Notes under the pieces: model-generated
Databases searched by the model: none
Told to the model about the DNA's origin: nothing
What the model saw: only the letters and a program-made list of their open reading frames with translations
Position numbers and translations under genes: made by a program
Source: Synergistales bacterium
GTDB lineage: Bacteria; Synergistota; Synergistia; Synergistales; JAFGMB01
Assembly (NCBI GenBank): GCA_963666205.1
Contig: OY762654.1
Span: forward strand, 1,792,001 to 1,856,000
DNA: 64,000 bases
Reading direction: 5' to 3'
Part shown: positions 38,986-48,586 of the stretch, piece by piece
Layout: the number at the start of each line of letters is the position of its first letter
Numbering within the stretch: the first letter of the stretch is position 1

Positions 38986-39549
38986 CTAGAGTTCTCCCTT
39001 TTCCAGTCCTTTAAGAATATCCTCTGTTGAAAGGACCTGTGCGAAGGTTCCGTTGAGGGCTGACATGAAAGAGAAATGAACATTTGCAGCGGACAGTTTC
39101 TGATCCCTGAAGATAAGATCCCTGGTGGTGCATCCATCATCTGCAACGATGCATGGAAAACCTATATCGAAGGCAGCCCTTACAGTTGAATCTATGCACA
39201 TATGTGACATGGCGCCGCAGATCACGAGCTGAACAATATTTTTTTCAAAGATCAGGTCCACCAGGCTTGTAGCTCGGAAACTGTTGGGAAAATGTTTTTC
39301 GATAACCGGTTCTGATCCCTCTGGTTTTACACGATCATGTATTTCTGCTCCGGCGCTTCCAGGGAGAAAGAAGGTCGAACCAGGATAGGTGGATATGTGC
39401 TGAACATGGAAGCGGGACATATCTCTTTTTCGAAAATAATCCAGCAGCTTTCGGGCATTATCTGCCGCTTTTTCCATTTCAACCAGTTCCATGGATCCTC
39501 CCTCGAAATAATCTTTCTGGATATCTACGAGAACAAGACCAGTCTTCAT
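38986..39549 (-). CDS. Isochorismatase family cysteine hydrolase
   Basis: LVDIQKDYF, EKHFPNSF, GAMSHMCIDST (D-K-C triad); start after GGAGG. Confidence 0.92.
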   Translation of the reverse strand: MKTGLVLVDIQKDYFEGGSMELVEMEKAADNARKLLDYFRKRDMSRFHVQHISTYPGSTFFLPGSAGAEIHDRVKPEGSEPVIEKHFPNSFRATSLVDLIFEKNIVQLVICGAMSHMCIDSTVRAAFDIGFPCIVADDGCTTRDLIFRDQKLSAANVHFSFMSALNGTFAQVLSTEDILKGLEKGEL

Positions 39550-39613
39550 GTTATTACCTCCAGTCATTTATCTTTTCCCGATGATTTCCATATCCGGGAA
39601 AGGACGAATCTTC

Positions 39614-41050
39614 TCAGAGTATTGGACTCAGGAGTTTTGCTATGCCCTGGACCGTCTTTACCCGGATGGGTCGTTTCTCCCATTGTTCGATATCGACCTT
39701 CGTGGCTCTTGATAGATATTTCTCCTGAGCCTTCCTGAGTTCTGATATCTCTTCCTTACCGTATAGCAGCATGTTCAGTTCAAAGTTGAGGGCAAAGGAG
39801 CGGATATCAAAATTACTTGACCCGAAAAAGGCAAGATCATCATCTACAGTCATTGTCTTTGCATGTAAAAGGTCTGGCTGGTAGAGGTATATATCTATAC
39901 CTATCTCCATCAGTTTTGAGTAGTAGGCTCTGGCAGCATTACCCACCAGAAACTGGTCAGACTTTTCAGGAACTATAAGGTCTACCTTTGCGCCATTAAG
40001 GCAGGCAACTTCCAGGGCCTGGAGAAGGCCTTCATCGGGTATCAGGTATGGAGTAGTTATGGTTACCCTTTCTCTCGCCTGGAACAGCGCAGAAGCAACA
40101 AGTCTCTGGTAGTTCTGGGTTTCATAGGCTGGACCGCTGGGAACCATCTGCAGGGGATATGTGCCACTCTCTTCTTTCGTAATATCCGCCAGGCATTGTG
40201 TCAATACCTGGTCAGTTTCCACATACCAGTCCTCAATAAAAACCCCCTGGATCTGCTCTACGATGGGTCCGGTAACTCTCATAGTAAGATCTTTCCATTC
40301 CCTCCCCTTTCCTTTTCCTCCGTAGGAAGGTTCGATCATATTGTGAGATCCCATGTAACCTGTGGTGCAGTCGATGACGGCAAGTTTACGGTGGTTCCTG
40401 AGGTCAAACCTTGCGGTCAGGGGAGTCCTCCTCAATCGTGACAGGGGAAGGGTTCTCTGCAGATTTATTCCTGCCTTCAGAAGATCAGGTCCTTCCTTCT
40501 TCAGAAACTTTTTTGAGCCCAGTTCGTCTAAAAGAAGATAACAGTTTATGCCCCTTCCTGCGGCGTTTTTAAGTGCATCGATGAGTGGGGCGGTCACATG
40601 GTCTTTCATAAATATGTAATAGAGAAGGGTCACATTCTTCCTGGCATTATCAATATCTTTAACCAGTTTCTCAACCAGCACCTCTGTGGAATCAATAAGT
40701 TCCATCTCCCTGGCATACTGAACAGGCCAGTGACCTAATTTCTCTCCCATGTTACTTATGGATTCAAGTTTTTCTGTAAAAACAGGTTTTCGAGGGGAAG
40801 GCCACATTTTAAGGGTTTCCTTCAGTCTGTTCACTGCATTTTCGTGACGCTCCCTTCGCTTCTGGGGAAGTCTTGTGGACCCAAGGGAAAGATAAAGCAG
40901 GCCTCCGGGAAGGGGCCAGAAAAGAATTACCATCAGCCAGGTCATTGCCACAGAAGGATTGTGTCTCAAGGGCAATACGCATATTGCTGCCAGGCGAACG
41001 GTGAAAAAGAAGATGTTGTAAAAACCAAGAACAAGAACGTTTAAAGTCAT
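39614..41050 (-). CDS. cls: Cardiolipin synthase
   Basis: N-terminal TMs; two HKD motifs RNHRKLAVID and LHAKTMTVD; GSSNFDIRSF. Confidence 0.92.
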   Translation of the reverse strand: MTLNVLVLGFYNIFFFTVRLAAICVLPLRHNPSVAMTWLMVILFWPLPGGLLYLSLGSTRLPQKRRERHENAVNRLKETLKMWPSPRKPVFTEKLESISNMGEKLGHWPVQYAREMELIDSTEVLVEKLVKDIDNARKNVTLLYYIFMKDHVTAPLIDALKNAAGRGINCYLLLDELGSKKFLKKEGPDLLKAGINLQRTLPLSRLRRTPLTARFDLRNHRKLAVIDCTTGYMGSHNMIEPSYGGKGKGREWKDLTMRVTGPIVEQIQGVFIEDWYVETDQVLTQCLADITKEESGTYPLQMVPSGPAYETQNYQRLVASALFQARERVTITTPYLIPDEGLLQALEVACLNGAKVDLIVPEKSDQFLVGNAARAYYSKLMEIGIDIYLYQPDLLHAKTMTVDDDLAFFGSSNFDIRSFALNFELNMLLYGKEEISELRKAQEKYLSRATKVDIEQWEKRPIRVKTVQGIAKLLSPIL

Positions 41051-41060
41051 ATTAACTATC

Positions 41061-41807
41061 TCATCCTCTCCGTTTTTCAATGTTGAAATCACATACCAGG
41101 GGCAGATGATCCGAGAGATGCACCCTTGGGATCTCCATAGTCTCTATCTTCACCTCTTTACTGGTAAGGAGGTAATCCAGCCTCAGTTTAGGCATGCGGC
41201 TCGGGAAAGTTGGTCTGGCAATGGTATCAGCATCCCTTAATCCTGTGGTTATTGTCAGAGGGTTGAGTTCGGAATGACCATGGAGAAGGTTGAAGTCTCC
41301 CCCGAGAAGGACAGGTTTTGATAAGACCTTACATCGGCCTGCTATTTCCTGAAGCTGGGTCTTTCGTGCCCTTTTCCCGAGGGAGAGATGGGCAAGAATA
41401 ACATGAAATTCGGTAAATTCAACCTCAAGGTATGTGTTCTTGATACCCCTGGAAAAGTGATGCTCTTTCGATGAAAGAATGGGCAGTCCGGAAAGAACTG
41501 CATTTCCATGAGAAGAGAGTATAGGCAGATAGTTCAGAGGAGATTTAGTCCCGTACTTATTGGAGAAGGTGTGTTCCCATCCTTTAAGAGAAGCCAGGTG
41601 ACGGGCCTGGCAGTGTTTTCTGTGACGATATGATCCCCCGTCCACCTCCAGAAGACATACGATATCTGCTTGCAGGGAATCGAGAAACTCGGCTATTCGC
41701 CTTATTCTTGTGGTCGAAAAACGGAAGAAACCGGAGAAAGGAAAGGGGAAGTGGTAATTCCAGTCGCTCCCCGTGCCATAACGGATATTATAAAAAACGA
41801 TCCTCAT
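41061..41807 (-). CDS. Endonuclease/exonuclease/phosphatase family protein (YbhP-like)
   Basis: YNI, EVD, GNAVLS, HLS, GDFN, LDY, SDHLP. Confidence 0.9.
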   Translation of the reverse strand: MRIVFYNIRYGTGSDWNYHFPFPFSGFFRFSTTRIRRIAEFLDSLQADIVCLLEVDGGSYRHRKHCQARHLASLKGWEHTFSNKYGTKSPLNYLPILSSHGNAVLSGLPILSSKEHHFSRGIKNTYLEVEFTEFHVILAHLSLGKRARKTQLQEIAGRCKVLSKPVLLGGDFNLLHGHSELNPLTITTGLRDADTIARPTFPSRMPKLRLDYLLTSKEVKIETMEIPRVHLSDHLPLVCDFNIEKRRG

Positions 41808-41949
41808 ATTATTTGCCCTTTCCACATCTACAGATATGCATCCAGGTCATTCGTCATCTTTGTAAAGTATGCAGTCTTATCTGTAATATGACAAGATATT
41901 TGTCTTGAGAAAGGACAGATTCTCCCCGGAATTGAATAAAATTAAGAAT

Positions 41950-43137
41950 TTATTCGTTTCCCCATCTTCGAAGGATAATAATAACGTTAAAAAAAGGAAA
42001 GATCAGTACAATAGAAAAGGCATAAAGAAGCCCCTGGCGGTCTACTACCATCCCCACAAGGGTCATCATCAACCCGCTGAGACCGAAGGCGACTCCCATT
42101 AGAAGAGATGTAGCTGTACTTTTTGATCCGGGAGCAAGTTCCTGTGCCCTGGCAACTAAAAGAGGAGAAGATGAAACCAGTAGTGCGTTTCCAAGCATGA
42201 ACAGAATAAAGGGAATCCAGCCTTCGTAGAACAGCTCAGGGAAAAGCAGCAGGGGTGACATACCCTGGGCGAAGAGTAATACCCTTCTTTTGCCGTAGAT
42301 AAGGGCGGCCTTACCGGCCAGAAGAGGAGACATAACCTTTGCCAGCTGAACGAAAAAAAGTGTTAAACCTACCTTTTCTATACCTCCGCCTCTGAGCACG
42401 ACCAGGAGGGGCAGAAGGAACTTTATTCCGTGATTGGTTATGTCCCTGAGAAATGTAACGGTCCATACGGGCCAGATATCATGAAGGATATCCCTCACTA
42501 TTTTCAGGAAGTTTTTGGATTTTCCAGGTTTATCGATCTTGCCTTTGATAGAGGGGATCAGTATCCAGAACAGAATACCAGTTGCGGTTACAGGTATTAT
42601 CGGGAAAAGATTCAAAGGCAGATCTCTGAAGTGCTTGAAAAGAAAAGCTGCATATAGGGGGCTTAGGGAGCTTCCGAGTATTCCCACCATGCTGAAAAAG
42701 GCCAGTTGCAGGGGTATCTTCTCAATATTTCCAATATATCCTACAGACCCGTGTCCCTGGGGATGAAAAACAGCGCTTCCCAGCCCCCAGATGGAGACAA
42801 GAAGCAGGGCTGTCCCATAGGATGGAGAAGATGGGATAAGCGAAGCACCAAGGGCCGTCAGGACAGGACCCCAGACTATCATAAAAGGGCGGGAACTTGC
42901 ATCCGAAATAAAGCCCAATAATGGTTGAAGGAACATATTGAACAGCCCTGGCAGGGATGTAAGGATACCCGCTTGAGTTACTGAAATACCAAGGTTTTCG
43001 ATCAGAAAGGGTAGAAAGGTCTGCAGAAAAGCTGTATGCAGGTCATTCAGAAAATGCTGAAGGTAAATTAATGAAAGTTTTCTTTGAGTGCCAGGGATAA
43101 CGTTTTGAGAACTGATCAATATGGTCTCCTTGTTCAT
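41950..43137 (-). CDS. MFS transporter (Fsr-like)
   Basis: HFLND, QPLLGFISD, GSAVFHP; about 12 TM. Confidence 0.88.
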   Translation of the reverse strand: MNKETILISSQNVIPGTQRKLSLIYLQHFLNDLHTAFLQTFLPFLIENLGISVTQAGILTSLPGLFNMFLQPLLGFISDASSRPFMIVWGPVLTALGASLIPSSPSYGTALLLVSIWGLGSAVFHPQGHGSVGYIGNIEKIPLQLAFFSMVGILGSSLSPLYAAFLFKHFRDLPLNLFPIIPVTATGILFWILIPSIKGKIDKPGKSKNFLKIVRDILHDIWPVWTVTFLRDITNHGIKFLLPLLVVLRGGGIEKVGLTLFFVQLAKVMSPLLAGKAALIYGKRRVLLFAQGMSPLLLFPELFYEGWIPFILFMLGNALLVSSSPLLVARAQELAPGSKSTATSLLMGVAFGLSGLMMTLVGMVVDRQGLLYAFSIVLIFPFFNVIIILRRWGNE

Positions 43138-43161
43138 AGGTTTTCAGAAGGTGTTGTGAAA

Positions 43162-44346
43162 TTAACTAATGCAGTCCTTTTTAATGGCTTTACTGATCCT
43201 TGTGAGACCTTCTGTTAACGTCGACCTGGGAGTTGCAATGGTCAACCTGGCAAATCCCTCTGTTACCTTGCCGAATTCTGCTCCTCTATTCATTCCTACC
43301 CTTGCTTCATGGACCAGAAAGTCCTGCAGTTTTTCTGAAGACAATCCCAGTTTTCTGAAATCTATAAGAGGGACATATGTGCCTTCAGGTTTTATGAGGT
43401 TTATCCCGGGCATATTCTTTTTCAGAAATTTTTCGGTAAAATTCAGGTTTTCTTCCAGATATTCAATCAATTCTTTCAGCCACTCTTCACCGGAACCGTA
43501 GGCAGCAGCAATTGCTTCCGAACCAAAGACGGTGACCCCTGCAAGGTGCATGCCCGAGATAAGGCTGTTGTATCGTTCCCGGAGATGTTCATCAGGGATA
43601 ACTACTATGGCCGACCGAAATCCGGCAAGGTTGAAAGTCTTGCTGGGTGAAAAACTTGTTATCGTTCTATTTCCGATATCCTCTGAAAGACTTGCTATTG
43701 GGATATGTTTATTCCCTCCATATATGATATCGGAATGAACCTCATCCGATACAATGATGATGTTCTTTTCAAGGCAGATTTCAGCCAGTTCTGTCAGTTC
43801 TTTTTCCCGCCAGACCCTGCCTGAAGGATTATGGGGATTACAGAGGAATAACATCCTTACCCCGGAATCCAGTTTATCTCTCAGGTCATCGAGGTCCATG
43901 GTAAAACGTCCATCATTGAGAACCAAGGTATTATCAACGATCCTTCGGCCATTCTCTTCAATGATATGGTAGAAAGGAGAGTAGATCGGAGACTGTATCA
44001 TGATCCTGTCTCCCGGTCTTGTAAGAGCAAGCATGGAAAAGACAAGGGAAGGTGTTACTCCTGGAGAGTGGCAGATCCATTCTTTCTCTATCTTCCAGCC
44101 ATGGCGGCGCATCATCCAGGAGATTATTACATCATAAAAATCGTCCGGCCTGTTAGGATACCCGAAAATACCATGATCAAGCCTTTTCTGGAGCCGTTCT
44201 ATCACCTCAGGGGGAGCCTGAAAATCCATATCCGCCTTCCACAGGGCCAGAATATCAGGATCACCGAACACTTTTCCGAGATTATCCCATTTCTGACAGG
44301 CCGTATTCTTTCTGTTTATAATCCTGTCAAAGTTGTATTTCCTCAT
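43162..44346 (-). CDS. patB: MalY/PatB family PLP-dependent C-S lyase
   Basis: KWD, ADMDF, HGIFGY, LCNPHNPSGRVW, SDEVHSD, SPSKTFNLAG. Confidence 0.9.
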   Translation of the reverse strand: MRKYNFDRIINRKNTACQKWDNLGKVFGDPDILALWKADMDFQAPPEVIERLQKRLDHGIFGYPNRPDDFYDVIISWMMRRHGWKIEKEWICHSPGVTPSLVFSMLALTRPGDRIMIQSPIYSPFYHIIEENGRRIVDNTLVLNDGRFTMDLDDLRDKLDSGVRMLFLCNPHNPSGRVWREKELTELAEICLEKNIIIVSDEVHSDIIYGGNKHIPIASLSEDIGNRTITSFSPSKTFNLAGFRSAIVVIPDEHLRERYNSLISGMHLAGVTVFGSEAIAAAYGSGEEWLKELIEYLEENLNFTEKFLKKNMPGINLIKPEGTYVPLIDFRKLGLSSEKLQDFLVHEARVGMNRGAEFGKVTEGFARLTIATPRSTLTEGLTRISKAIKKDCIS

Positions 44347-44385
44347 AAACGGTGTCCCCCTTTCACAGTAATATCAATTTCTATA

Positions 44386-45762
44386 TCAATTTAAGAATTC
44401 AGTATCGCTGACACACTGTTTCCTGGAAAGAGCTATGACCGCATCAACCTGTTCAGCTGATTTGCCTATATGCTTGGTGTAGTCCATAACTGAATCAAGT
44501 TCTTCTTTTGTTAAATTTGCGCCTATTTCGGGATCTTCCAGAAGGAGTTCTCTGAATGTCTTATTGCCGGTGTTGGCCGCAAGTATGGCATCCCGGATCA
44601 GGTGATGGGCAGTCTGCTTTCCCATTTTTTCCCCGAGATGGAACATTAGGGCTTCTGAAAAGAGCATTCCGTGGAGCATGTCCAGATTCTCGCTTATCCT
44701 GGGTTCATTAATATCGAGACCTTCAACGACAACAGTACATGCCTGCAGGGCTTTTGCCATCATGATGCTGCTTTCGGGGATGGAATGCCAGTCAAGTCTC
44801 CAGCTCCGGGTGTCCCTCTCGTGTTCAGCTATCATTCCCTGAAGGCCAAGGCTGGCATTATTCATTATCACCCTGGTCATGGCTACTACGAATTCAGATG
44901 TTTCGGCATTCCTCTTATGGGGCATGGTGCTGCTGCCGACATAGTGTTTGCCCAGAGGTTCCTGAAGTTCAAGGATCTCTGTTCTGCTCAACTGGTAGAT
45001 CTCATTCGCAATTCTCCCTATAGTTCCGGCAATAATGCCGAGGAGGGACTGGTATTCTGCAAAGTTATCCCTGGAACTTCCCCATCCGGTAACGGGGACT
45101 TCAAGGGCTAATCTCTCCATGACACCCTCTATAATTGGGTAGGCCTTTTCTCCCAGACCGGCCATGGTTCCTGTTCCGCCATGAAGCATTCCCACGAACA
45201 GCCTTTGACTGGTATCCTTCATCCGTTCAATATCCCGTCTGACCTCTGCGGCCCAGCCGGCGAACTTGAGTCCGAGTGTTATGGGCAGACCCTGCTGGTT
45301 ATGGGTCCTGCCTGCCATGGGGAAGGCCTTGTATCGATCTGCCAGTTCCAGAATTGCCTTTTCAAGTCTGCAGAGATCTCTGAAAATGATACGGAAGGCA
45401 TCCTTTATCTCAAGGACCATTCCTGTATCCTCTATATCCTGGGTAGTTGGTCCGTAATGAATATATTCACCTAGGGAACCATCGCATATCTTCTGTACTG
45501 CACGAAGAAGGGGGACCAGGGAGTGTCCTGTCTGGGCGAGACCTTCCTTCACAAAATCCAGGTCCAGAAGTTCCACTTTGGCTTTTTTTGCGATCTCATC
45601 AGCTGCTTCTGAAGGAATTATTCCAAGCCCTGCCTGGACTTCTGCCAGTACGATCTCGATATCCAGCCATCTCTGGTATCTTTTCCTGTCGGAAAAGACA
45701 TTGCGCATCTCCTCCGTGCCCCATCCATTTTTATAAAATTCCGAATCAATAATATGTGCCAT
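44386..45762 (-). CDS. Adenylosuccinate lyase-family (aspartase/fumarase superfamily) lyase, probably not housekeeping PurB
   Basis: HYGPTTQDI, GRTH, GSSTMPHKRN signature loop; embedded in a catabolic operon. Confidence 0.85.
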   Translation of the reverse strand: MAHIIDSEFYKNGWGTEEMRNVFSDRKRYQRWLDIEIVLAEVQAGLGIIPSEAADEIAKKAKVELLDLDFVKEGLAQTGHSLVPLLRAVQKICDGSLGEYIHYGPTTQDIEDTGMVLEIKDAFRIIFRDLCRLEKAILELADRYKAFPMAGRTHNQQGLPITLGLKFAGWAAEVRRDIERMKDTSQRLFVGMLHGGTGTMAGLGEKAYPIIEGVMERLALEVPVTGWGSSRDNFAEYQSLLGIIAGTIGRIANEIYQLSRTEILELQEPLGKHYVGSSTMPHKRNAETSEFVVAMTRVIMNNASLGLQGMIAEHERDTRSWRLDWHSIPESSIMMAKALQACTVVVEGLDINEPRISENLDMLHGMLFSEALMFHLGEKMGKQTAHHLIRDAILAANTGNKTFRELLLEDPEIGANLTKEELDSVMDYTKHIGKSAEQVDAVIALSRKQCVSDTEFLN

Positions 45763-45795
45763 TTTTACAACTCCTCCATGTACTTGTTTTTCTTT

Positions 45796-47160
45796 TTACA
45801 GGATGCCTGAAACTTCAGGCATGTATAGTCCTTTGTAGGTTCTCATCTGATCCAGGGTGTAGATCCGGTTCAGGATCCTTTCCCTTTCTTCTTTTTCAAG
45901 GATTTGAGAGGTGAGTTCCGTAAACTTGTCAGTCATGGAAGTCTTGTCCATTGGGTTCTCGGGGTCACCTTTCCTGAATCGGTTCTCAGCGCTCAGGACA
46001 GTTCCATCCTTGAGAGTTACCGAGATACCACAGGGTCTGCAGGCGGGGAAGAGTCTGTCCAGCTCCGGATCGAATATGAGTTCTATTTTTGACATAAGAT
46101 CCCTGATAACAGGGTCCTGGAGATCCTTCTCCGAAAGATTGGTAAAGGTTATATCCTTTTTTGTAATAAGGGCGGCCATGCAGAAGGGATTGCTGAATTT
46201 AGCCTCTTCAAAGGAAGAGGGGTCTGTAATTCCAGCTACATCGATGGCTTTCTGGTAAACCCTTGCTTCGATCTTTTCTATTTCTTCGGGTATCAGGTCA
46301 TGGGTTTCCATGATCTTTTTCACTGCATCTATCATGCTATGGGTCTGGCCGCAGGTGGGATATCCCTTGAAATTAACTTCATCGACCTTGAAATGCGAAC
46401 CCAGTCTGTCTGCCAGGTATAAAAGGTCATAACTTGGAGATACTGACCTGCAGAATCCTTTTTCGCCTTCAAAAATATGTTCCGGCCCCTCGATTCCCTG
46501 GGAAGCAAGTTCAGCGGCGATAATACCGTTAAAAACCGCTTTGCCCGGATGGAAGGCTTTTGCCATAACTGCACCATCAAGAAGAAACTGCCAGAGACCG
46601 GCAGCCTGGGTCCCGGTATGTCCAAGGGTCCAGACGATCTCCTCTTCGCTCAGTTTCAGCATTTTTGCAGCAGCAGCAGCAGCGCCGAAAGTTCCGGCTG
46701 TCGCCGTAGTGTGCCATATGGAGTAATGGTCCTTGCCAAGACATTCTCCTACCCTGATGGCCAGATCATACGCGCAGACAGCGGCCTCGATCATCTCTTT
46801 TCCGGAGGAAGAGAGTTTTTCCGCATAGGCAAAAACCACAGGAAGGACAACTGTTCCAATGTGCATTATGGACATCCTGTGACCGTCATCAACTTCGGTT
46901 ATATGGCCCAGGCATGCATTCGCAAAGGCTGCCCAGGGAAGGGTGGTCTTTTTCCCGGAACCGATGATGGTGCTGTATCCTTCCCCGCCCATTCTGGAAG
47001 CAAAATCCAGGTATGATGTGGAAAGGTCATTCGTATATGAATTGTAGACTGCAGCAAGCCAGTCGGTAAAACAGTGCTCTGTTTTAAGTATTGTATTTTC
47101 AGGTAGTTTATCTAATTCCAGGCTTGAAATATATCTTGCAAACTGTCGGGAATAACTCAT
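45796..47160 (-). CDS. MmgE/PrpD family protein
   Basis: HITEVDDGH, WHTT, KAFHPG, EGEKGF, KGYPTC…H, AKFS, KGDPENP. Confidence 0.9.
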   Translation of the reverse strand: MSYSRQFARYISSLELDKLPENTILKTEHCFTDWLAAVYNSYTNDLSTSYLDFASRMGGEGYSTIIGSGKKTTLPWAAFANACLGHITEVDDGHRMSIMHIGTVVLPVVFAYAEKLSSSGKEMIEAAVCAYDLAIRVGECLGKDHYSIWHTTATAGTFGAAAAAAKMLKLSEEEIVWTLGHTGTQAAGLWQFLLDGAVMAKAFHPGKAVFNGIIAAELASQGIEGPEHIFEGEKGFCRSVSPSYDLLYLADRLGSHFKVDEVNFKGYPTCGQTHSMIDAVKKIMETHDLIPEEIEKIEARVYQKAIDVAGITDPSSFEEAKFSNPFCMAALITKKDITFTNLSEKDLQDPVIRDLMSKIELIFDPELDRLFPACRPCGISVTLKDGTVLSAENRFRKGDPENPMDKTSMTDKFTELTSQILEKEERERILNRIYTLDQMRTYKGLYMPEVSGIL

Positions 47161-47176
47161 TTTGATCTCTATCCCT

Positions 47177-48559
47177 TTAACCTGGAAAGACCATTTTTTC
47201 GGGCTTCAGGTATTTATTGAATTCTTCTTCCGTCATATAGCCAAGGGCCATAGCAGATTCCTTCAGGGTGGAACCTTCCTTATGGGCTTTTTTGGCAATC
47301 TCTGCTGCCCTGTCATAGCCGATGTGAGGGGTCAGTGCAGTTACGAGCATGAGTGATTCATTAAGGTATTTCTCAATTCTGTTCCTGTCAGCTTCTATTC
47401 CCCTGACTGCATTTTTCTCGAAGGAAGCCATTACATCAGTGAGCAGGCGACATGACTGAAGGAAGTTGTAAATGATCACAGGCATGAATACATTGAGCTC
47501 GAAGTTGCCCTGGCTGGCAGCCATACCGATAGCTGCATCGTTACCCATTACCTGGACCGAAACCATTGTTACGGCTTCGCACTGGGTGGGATTTACCTTT
47601 CCAGGCATGATGGAACTGCCCGGTTCGTTGGCTGGTATGGTTATCTCCCCAAGTCCGCAGCGGGGTCCGGAGGCAAGCCAGCGGACATCGTTAGCGATCT
47701 TCATGAGGTCAGCAGCGAGTGCCTTCAGGGCTCCATGGGCAAAGACCATCTCATCCTTGCTTGTCAGGGAATGGAACTTGTTGGGAGCCGTTCGGAACTG
47801 TTTCCCAGTCAGTTCAGAAATTTCTCCGGCTACGGATGTACCGAATTCAGGATGGGAATTCAGACCGGTTCCCACGGCTGTTCCACCAAGGGCAAGATCT
47901 TTCAGGAAATCCACACTGTTAAGGATCATTTCCCTGCTTCTCTCCAGCATCCTTACCCAGCCGCTGATCTCCTGACCAAGGGTCAGAGGGGTCGCATCCT
48001 GCAGGTGTGTCCTTCCTGTCTTTATGATGTCCGAAAATTCCAGGGACTTGTCCTGAAATGTTTTCAGGAGCCTGTCAAGAGAGGGGAGCAGTTCATCCTC
48101 AATCACCATTACAGCGGCCAGGTGCATGGCTGTTGGAAAGGTATCGTTGGAACTCTGGGATCTGTTCACATGATCATTCGGATGGATCTGGAGATCATTT
48201 TCACATATTTCCGAAGCTCTTCTGGAAAGGACTTCGTTCATGTTCATGTTTGACTGGGTACCGCTGCCCGTCTGCCATACTGCCAGGGGGAAATTGCCAT
48301 CCAGCTTTCCTTCCAGAACTTCATCAGCAGCCCTGCATATGGCATCAGCCCTTGCCTCATCGACAAGACCAAGGGACGCATTAGCTTTTGCCGCAGCTTT
48401 TTTTAGAATTGCAAAGGCCCGGATGACCTCATGAGGCATTTTTTCAATACCTATTTCGAAATTCTGCAGACTTCTCTGGGTCTGGGCTCCCCATAATTTA
48501 TCCGAAGGTACCCTGATTTCTCCCATGGAATCCTTCTCAATTCTGTAATTACCTTCCAA
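47177..48559 (-). CDS. fumC: Fumarate hydratase class II
   Basis: [49 protein letters not shown]. Confidence 0.97.
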   Translation of the reverse strand: MEGNYRIEKDSMGEIRVPSDKLWGAQTQRSLQNFEIGIEKMPHEVIRAFAILKKAAAKANASLGLVDEARADAICRAADEVLEGKLDGNFPLAVWQTGSGTQSNMNMNEVLSRRASEICENDLQIHPNDHVNRSQSSNDTFPTAMHLAAVMVIEDELLPSLDRLLKTFQDKSLEFSDIIKTGRTHLQDATPLTLGQEISGWVRMLERSREMILNSVDFLKDLALGGTAVGTGLNSHPEFGTSVAGEISELTGKQFRTAPNKFHSLTSKDEMVFAHGALKALAADLMKIANDVRWLASGPRCGLGEITIPANEPGSSIMPGKVNPTQCEAVTMVSVQVMGNDAAIGMAASQGNFELNVFMPVIIYNFLQSCRLLTDVMASFEKNAVRGIEADRNRIEKYLNESLMLVTALTPHIGYDRAAEIAKKAHKEGSTLKESAMALGYMTEEEFNKYLKPEKMVFPG

Positions 48560-48586
48560 AATAAGTCCCTCCTTCAGATATTATCT

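Noticed and set aside
39614-41807. PLD-nuclease defence system (HKD protein plus nuclease-fold protein)
   Set aside because: Matches the ordinary cardiolipin synthase plus YbhP-like pairing, with membrane anchors and two HKD motifs.
44386-45762. Housekeeping purB
   Set aside because: Catabolic context with no pur genes and an atypical N-terminal motif; not excluded without a phylogeny.
20271-47160. Classical methylcitrate cycle from PrpB-like and PrpD-like genes
   Set aside because: The genes are 25 kb apart in different operons and no methylcitrate synthase is in the window.
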